Source of the DNA: Ascoidea asiatica JCM 7603
Lineage: Eukaryota > Fungi > Ascomycota
DNA: 34,927 bases
Reading direction: 5' to 3'
NCBI GenBank assembly: GCA_001600695.1
Contig: BCKQ01000006.1
Span: 910,457-945,383 of the forward strand
Made by a program: the position numbers and the translations under genes. Below the pieces are notes generated by a model. The model was not told where the DNA came from. It made no database searches and worked only from the letters and a program-made list of their open reading frames with translations. Positions within the stretch are counted from its first letter, which is position 1; the number at the start of each line of letters is the position of its first letter. This document shows positions 33,480 through 34,927 of the stretch, piece by piece.

Positions 33480-34271
33480 TTAGGATTCAGTAGATGGTTT
33501 AAAATCTTCATCATCATCTTCATCATCAAGATTAACAAAATTTTTTGAATCTGGATTTAATTTTTCTGCAGTTTTAGCAAAATCAATTACTTTACCTCTT
33601 GTTCTTGAACCTTGAATAATATTTGAAGGATCAATTTCAATTAAATCATCTTCTAAATCATTATTATCATCATCATTATCTTCATTGGCCATTAATTTAT
33701 CAAGTTCATCATCATTTAAATTATCTTCATCATTTCCATCATTATCTTCATTATCATTTTCATTTAATAAATCATCATTATAAGTTCTTCTACGATGATG
33801 ACGATGAGATTTATGTTTATGAGGTTTACTTTCACTTGATTTTTCATTTGATTTTTCAACTGGCTTTTCAACTGGCTTTTCACTTGGTTTTTCAATTGGT
33901 TTTTCATTTTCATTTTCTTTTGATTCAGAAACTTCTTTTTTTCCCTTATTTTCTAATTCATCAGGTTTTTTAGAATCCCCATTTGATTGAATATCTTTAG
34001 TATCATTACTAGTTTTTAATTTTTTTTCAGAAGGAGCACCAATTGAATTTTCAGTAATTTCTTCAATTGAAGGATCATTTTCTAATTTTCTTTTTTTTTC
34101 AGTACCATCAGATTCAATTGTAATTGTTGAAGAGTCTTTGATTTCATCATTAACTTCTAAAACCTTAGAAATTGATTCTTTTGAATTTTTATTACCTTCA
34201 GAATCAATTGTGGTTGTAGTATTTGAAACTTCAATAATAGAAATTGAATCTTCTTCTGGATTAATTGACAT
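33480..34271 (-). CDS. CHZ1: Histone H2A.Z chaperone Chz1
   Basis: Acidic low-complexity protein with HRRRTYND and the CHZ motif DDLIEIDPSNIIQGSRTRGKVIDFAKTAEKL; convergent with YPT31 as in S. cerevisiae. Confidence 0.9.
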   Translation of the reverse strand: MSINPEEDSISIIEVSNTTTTIDSEGNKNSKESISKVLEVNDEIKDSSTITIESDGTEKKRKLENDPSIEEITENSIGAPSEKKLKTSNDTKDIQSNGDSKKPDELENKGKKEVSESKENENEKPIEKPSEKPVEKPVEKSNEKSSESKPHKHKSHRHHRRRTYNDDLLNENDNEDNDGNDEDNLNDDELDKLMANEDNDDDNNDLEDDLIEIDPSNIIQGSRTRGKVIDFAKTAEKLNPDSKNFVNLDDEDDDEDFKPSTES

Positions 34272-34644
34272 TTTTAAAAATAATTTTTTAGTAGAATAAT
34301 AATATAATTGAAATTGATTGATAAACTTGAATGATAAAATTGTAATAATTGAACAATAAAAATGAAATAAGTTATGAAATATAGAAGAAACTAAGTGATA
34401 TAAATAAAATAAAATAAAAAGAAGTTAATTCAATTGAAATTTGAAATAAATACAAATTTCAGAGCATAGTGAAATAGAGGAAGATGTCGAGAAGTGTTTA
34501 AGTTTGAAATTTAGTTGCTCATCTAATTGGTAAGTTACTTCGAAACACAGATTTATTATTATTATTATTATTAATATTATTATTACTTTTGCTATTACTG
34601 TATTAGTTATTATATATTATTATTTGTTTGTTACTTTTCTACTC

Positions 34645-34722
34645 ACGCGTCAATCCCATTTCAAGGCCATTTGAAATTGCTCCATTTTTAGTTTCCAGAT
34701 TTGGTCGTGTTCCGTTTCGCGT
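34645..34722. promoter_or_regulatory. MCB (ACGCGT) and SCB-like (CGCGAAA) G1/S elements
   Basis: ACGCGT 34645-34650 and TTTCGCGT 34715-34722 upstream of CHZ1 (may serve a divergent gene beyond the window). Confidence 0.45.
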
Positions 34723-34927
34723 TCGTCATGAGGAGAAATACTAAGTGAAGTCACATCATCTCTATTTGCAGACACAACATCTCTATTTGCAGATATTTTC
34801 AGCCGCATAACGGCACATATTTACTTGATTGGGAAATATAAGGCGTAACAACTTTTGAACAAAAATTATATTGACATTTAGCTATTTATCCGTACCATGG
34901 AATATATCCTCTCCAAAATCCATTTTC

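Noticed and set aside
1-34927. CRISPR arrays, transposons/LTRs, rRNA or tRNA genes
   Set aside because: No repeat-spacer structure, transposase/RT motifs, long terminal repeats or recognisable rRNA/tRNA found by eye.

Overview
Very AT-rich, intron-poor eukaryotic DNA from a budding yeast (Saccharomycotina). Base composition, poly-Asn tracts and rare CTG codons in polar contexts would fit a lineage such as Ascoidea, but the species cannot be fixed from sequence alone. I can support 12 protein-coding genes: a divergent velvet-domain protein, the SNF1 beta subunit (GAL83/SIP2), a PhoD-like phosphatase (YGR266W-like), SCL1, a RhoGAP-fold protein lacking the arginine finger, ARX1, UTR2/CRH2, ATP1 (two exons, 610-nt intron with an AAG acceptor; the ORF track misses the first 108 codons), a GPI cell-wall protein with a Cwp1-like head and flocculin repeats, a class I SAM methyltransferase, YPT31 and CHZ1. 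The best element outside the ORF track is a box C/D snoRNA (snR68-type, predicted guide for 25S Am2640). It lies in a canonical GTATGT/TACTAAC/TAG intron of an apparently non-coding host transcript at about 10.3-10.8 kb. Other notable points are a >1.1-kb ATG-free leader before GAL83, 10-bp-periodic HSE and GATA arrays at the window start, GC-rich intergenic islands, and GAL83-YPT31-CHZ1 linkage shared with S. cerevisiae. Homology calls rest on motifs recalled from memory; no database searches were run.
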